DNA of 64,000 nucleotides from Candidatus Babeliales bacterium (GTDB lineage Bacteria; Babelota; Babeliae; Babelales; JANWKD01): NCBI GenBank assembly GCA_963722255.1, contig CAVRJO010000001.1, positions 832,001 to 896,000 of the forward strand, read 5' to 3'. Shown piece by piece: positions 59,848 to 64,000 of this stretch (position 1 is its first letter; each line of letters starts with the position of its first letter). The notes under the pieces were generated by a model. It saw only the letters and a program-made list of their open reading frames with translations, ran no database searches and was not told where the DNA came from. The position numbers and the translations under genes were made by a program.

Positions 59848-62412
59848 ATGACGTTAGAAAACTTTACCACATCAAGCCAAGAGCTTGTAGCGCAAGCAAT
59901 TGAATTAGCAAGACAAAATAATAATCCATCGATAACACCGCTGCATTTTTTAGCTGTTGGATTGAATAATGAATTTTGTAGATCTTTTTTTGAAGTTTTG
60001 CATATTAATCTCGTGCAATTGAAAGCAGTTGTTGATCAAGAATTGCAAAAATTACCTCAGGTTCAAGGAGCTCAGTTAGCAGTTGATTATTCAACTGAAC
60101 GATTTTTTCAAGATTTAAAAAAAGAGGCCGATTCGTTGGGAGATCAGTATATTAGTCTTGAACATTTTTTACTGTGTTGGGCCACTAGTTCTTATCTTCC
60201 GCATTCAATTCAGGAATTTTTAAAACAAGCTCATTTCAATCGTTCTGCCATTCTTGCGCATATGCAGCAAGTAAGGAAGGGAAAAACTGTGAAAGAAAAA
60301 AATGCAGAAAAGCAGTATCAAATTCTAGAAAAATATTGCCAAAATATTACAGAGCAGGCCAAGAATGGATTACTTGATCCAGTTATTGGAAGACACGAAG
60401 AAATTCGCAGAGTCTTACAGATTCTATCACGAAGAACAAAAAATAATCCTGTTTTAGTTGGGGAACCTGGTGTTGGTAAAACCGCAATTGTTGAAGGAAT
60501 CGCTCAACGTATTATAAATAATGATGTACCAGAAGGTTTACGTAATAAGCAGATTTTTGCGTTAGATATGGGACTTTTGATTGCTGGAACTAAATTTCAA
60601 GGTGAATTTGAAGAGCGTCTTAAAGGTATTTTTAAAGAGATTGAAGAACGTCCTGATGATGTGATTTTATTTATTGATGAATTGCATATGCTCATTGGTG
60701 CAGGCCTTCAGGTGGTGGTGGCATGGACGCATCAAATCTATTAAAACCAGCACTAGCTCGTGGCGAATTGCATTGTATTGGTGCAACGACCTTAAAGAAT
60801 ATAAAAAATATATTGAAAAAGATGCTGCATTGGAACGACGGTTCCAAAGGGTATTGGTTGAAGAGCCTTCAGTTGAAGATGCAATTTCAATTTTACGAGG
60901 CCTAAAAGAACGTTATGAACTGCATCATGGTATTCATATTAAAGATCAAGCATTGGTTGATGCAGTGATTTTAGCACATAGAAATATTGCAGATCGTTTT
61001 TTGCCCGATAAAGCAATTGATTTAGTTGATGAAGCTGCAGCAATGGTTAAAATGGGTATTGATTCACAACCAGATGAGATTGATCAACTTGAGCGACGAA
61101 TTAGTCAACTTGAGATTGAAAAGGTTGCTTTGCAAAAGGAGAAGGACGATGGTGTTTCAAAGCAACGTTTGGAAGCTTTAGAACTTGAGCTTAATGATCT
61201 TAAAGAAAAAAATACACTGTTGTTGAATCAATGGAAAGCTGAAAAAGAACCGCTTGAAAAAATAAATAAAATTAAAGAAAAAATTGAACTTGCTAATGTT
61301 GAATTTCAACAAGCTGAACGTGATGGTAATTATGCAAAAGCTTCTGAGATAAAATATGGGAAGCTTGTGAAGCTTGAGCATGAGCTTCACATTGCAACAA
61401 GAAAAACTAAAAAATTTATCATCGCATATGGTAAAACAGCTGGTTGATGAGCATGATATCGCGAAAGTTCTTTCCGTTGGACAGGGATTCCTGTTGAAAA
61501 ATTGCAAGCATCTGAAACAGAAAAATTACTTTCCATGGCAGATATTTTGAAACAGCGTGTTATTGGCCAGGAGGAAGCTATTCAAGAGGTAACTCATGCA
61601 ATTCAATTACATAGAGCCGGTCTTGTTGATCCTAATAAACCTATAGGGTCATTTTTATTTTTAGGCCCAACGGGTGTCGGAAAAACTGAAGTTGCCAAAA
61701 CGTTAGCTGAATTTTTGTTTAATGATGTAAAAAAATTAATTCGAATTGATATGTCTGAATATATGGAAAAACATTCAGTAGCACGTCTAATTGGGGCACC
61801 GCCGGGATATATTGGTTATGAAGAGGGCGGACAATTAACTGAAGCAAGTTACGACGAAATCCTTACAGCGTTGTGCTTTTTGATGAAATTGAAAAAGCAC
61901 ATCCTGATGTCTTTAATATTTTTTTACAGATACTTGATGAAGGTCATTTAACCGATAGCCAAGGCAGGACGGTATCATTTAAAAATTGTGTAATAATTAT
62001 GACTTCAAATATCGGATCAGAGCTTATCTTAGAAGCTGACGATATTAACGCTCAAGTACGTCAGGATATTGAAAAAATGTTGCATCAAAAGTTTCGCCCT
62101 GAGTTTTTAAACAGAATTGATGCGGTAGTTTTCTTTAGACGATTGACTCTTAATGATGTAGAAAAAATTGCACAATTGCATCTTAATGAGCTAGAACAGC
62201 GTTTAGTTGAAAAGCAGATCAGCGTGAAGTTTGATAAAGAAGTGCTTAAAAAAATAAGTGAACTTGGTTATCAAAAAGAGTTTGGGGCTCGACCATTAAA
62301 ACGAGCAATTCAACGGTATATCACGGTGCCGTTATCGCAATTTCTTTTAAGTCATCCTGATACAAAAAAAATAGATATTGTTGTTAAGAATGATGCAATA
62401 GTTGTTGTATAA
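59848..62412 (+). pseudogene. clpB: ClpB chaperone, about 5 frameshifts (possibly sequencing artefacts)
   Basis: [44 protein letters not shown], coiled-coil M domain, [29 protein letters not shown], spread over several frames. Confidence 0.93.
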
Positions 62413-62505
62413 CGCTTTATTGGCTATGCAAGTGATTTGTTTTTCTGTACACTCACCTGTGTTAATACTAATTTTCTTATTTGCATAAACAGAAGGATTT
62501 ATACT

Positions 62506-63063
62506 ATGCAAAAAATTTCTGCGTACAGTTTAGCGTTATCAGTATGTCTCGCTTTTTCAGCTTCACTCTATAGTTCAACGGTTTGGAAATATGATTACAC
62601 AACCATTGCAGGTCATATTGAAGATGAAATTGATAAACGATTTCAACCAGGCATACAGTCTGAAGCTATGAAAGTTGAGCTTGCTGCATTCAAGCGAGAT
62701 AAAAAAACAGCTCTAGCGAGAGCCGTTGAAAAAGAGCATTATCAAAAGCCTTTTAGAACACAGCAAGAAGCAAAGGCATACGCAACGGAATTAGCTAAAG
62801 CTGCATCTAATGAATTTTTTGATAAAATTCTAGAACATAGGATTGCTATGAAAATGGCAAATTTGCCATCCAGAGCTGGAGTATTTAAAGATCAATTTAT
62901 TGTGGTTGCAAGAACCTATGTACAAAATAAAGCTTTTCAAGAAGCAACTCAAACTGGTCGCTTAACACACACATTAAAAAATGTTGAATACTTAATAACA
63001 GAAGCATTAAAAGCGAATTTCGAATGGACATGCGAAGTTTGCACTTGGTTGCGTAACCAATAA
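62506..63063 (+). CDS. Secreted helical hypothetical protein (paralog of 59265..59825)
   Basis: GAAGGA RBS; signal peptide; YDY..I...IE.E.D..FQP shared with 59265..59825. Confidence 0.7.
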   Translation: MQKISAYSLALSVCLAFSASLYSSTVWKYDYTTIAGHIEDEIDKRFQPGIQSEAMKVELAAFKRDKKTALARAVEKEHYQKPFRTQQEAKAYATELAKAASNEFFDKILEHRIAMKMANLPSRAGVFKDQFIVVARTYVQNKAFQEATQTGRLTHTLKNVEYLITEALKANFEWTCEVCTWLRNQ

Positions 63064-63133
63064 GATATAAAAAATATGGTAGTAGTTTTAACGAAGCTGC
63101 TACCTTACTAAATTTTTTCAAGAAACGAATTAT

Positions 63134-64000
63134 ATGAATTTCAAGTTATTCTTGTCCATCTCTTTATTCTATTCTGTTGCAATGTGTGCTATGGAGCAAA
63201 AAGCAAAACCTGAAATTGAGCCAACATCTCCACGTTTATGGGTCAATTCACTGAAAGATTTTAAAATTAATAATGCAGAAGATAAATATTCTAAGTTTTT
63301 GGATGAAGTAATAAAAGTTATTAGTAAACAATTGCCACGTTCTCAATTGGAGCTTTATTCAACAATGATTGAAGCTGCAGTTGAAATAGAAGATGTTGAG
63401 TTAACAGATTCATTATGTGGCCATTTTAGTTCAGTTTATAGTGAGTATTTTCATGGTACTATTCATGAAGCTGAAACCTTCAGCACCGTTGTTAAACTAA
63501 GAAAAATAGTTGAGTTAAAAAAAACACGACATGGCGTTTTAAAATTATTGCATTTCAGTAGCACAGGAGCATTACCGCCTTTGCAAGAAGATGTATCTAA
63601 TCAGGTTTTGAAAACGGCAATTCCTCATAAGAATGATATTCATACATTAGAAAGCTATGAAGAGGTATGCCAAGAAAAAAATTTTGAAGAGATCTGGTGC
63701 GGGGATTGTAACGTATTTGGAACAATTTTTCCATCATTAGCAGTTAATTTTTTTGAAAGTAAAATTATAACGGCAACTTCTGATGGTTCTATTTTTGTTT
63801 ATGATTGTAAAGGCAGGTTACTATCAGAAAGCAAAAAACGGGTTAAAAATAAAAAACCGGTTCTTTTATTAGAAGGTGAATTTACATCACATACTGCTAT
63901 GTTGAAAGTAAAGCATTTGCGTTCAGGTCATTCTGTACTATATGCACCGAAAGATAAGCATATACACTGTTGTATGCTTGGTAAGAATGTGCTTATAGCT
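63134..64000 (+). CDS. Secreted hypothetical protein, runs off window; WD40-like segment
   Basis: MNFKLFLSISLFYSVAMCA then MEQ; EPTSPR; IITATSDGSIFVYD. Absent from the ORF track because there is no stop inside the window. Confidence 0.65.
   Translation, partial: MNFKLFLSISLFYSVAMCAMEQKAKPEIEPTSPRLWVNSLKDFKINNAEDKYSKFLDEVIKVISKQLPRSQLELYSTMIEAAVEIEDVELTDSLCGHFSSVYSEYFHGTIHEAETFSTVVKLRKIVELKKTRHGVLKLLHFSSTGALPPLQEDVSNQVLKTAIPHKNDIHTLESYEEVCQEKNFEEIWCGDCNVFGTIFPSLAVNFFESKIITATSDGSIFVYDCKGRLLSESKKRVKNKKPVLLLEGEFTSHTAMLKVKHLRSGHSVLYAPKDKHIHCCMLGKNVLIA

Noticed and set aside
5542..62412. Numerous 60-140 aa ORFs overlapping nusA, infB, aspS, eno, gsp, tgt, wec and clpB
   Set aside because: They lie antisense or out of frame within well-supported genes and show no motifs. 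The exception is 60723..60905, which is a true clpB fragment.
1..64000. tRNA, rRNA, integrase/transposase, prophage, sigma-54 (-24/-12) promoters
   Set aside because: None recognised by eye; the TGGC...GC candidates checked had wrong spacing. tRNAscan/Infernal were not run.

Overview
AT-rich bacterial chromosome segment. Gene content (many short signal-peptide hypotheticals, ankyrin proteins, a eukaryote-like USP peptidase, twin secretins, a Chlamydia-like tgt) suggests an intracellular protist parasite, most likely phylum Dependentiae/Babelota (TM6). That assignment is inference, not a database result. (1) A probable replication origin lies at about 4.95-5.24 kb between udg and nusA: 8 perfect DnaA boxes in converging arrays, DnaA-trio-like repeats and an AT-rich unwinding element, with no dnaA in the window. 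(2) Housekeeping genes are nusA, infB, nfo, aspS, eno, tsaD, glyA and a multiply frameshifted clpB. (3) A partial type II secretion cluster (gspC-gspD-gspL-gspM-gspD) has two secretins, one with a Cys-rich tail. (4) Upstream of it is a run of putative secreted effectors, including a signal-peptide USP deubiquitinase with a UIM-like motif. (5) Also present are a tgt + yhhQ queuine salvage pair, an MNT-HEPN toxin-antitoxin pair, a Fic gene split by one stop codon, a membrane-anchored degenerate sigma-54-type regulator facing a 30-codon peptide ORF, and wecB/wecC sugar genes. About 15 mostly unrelated secreted proteins have a Met right after the predicted signal peptide. No rRNA, tRNA, CRISPR array or IS element was recognised.
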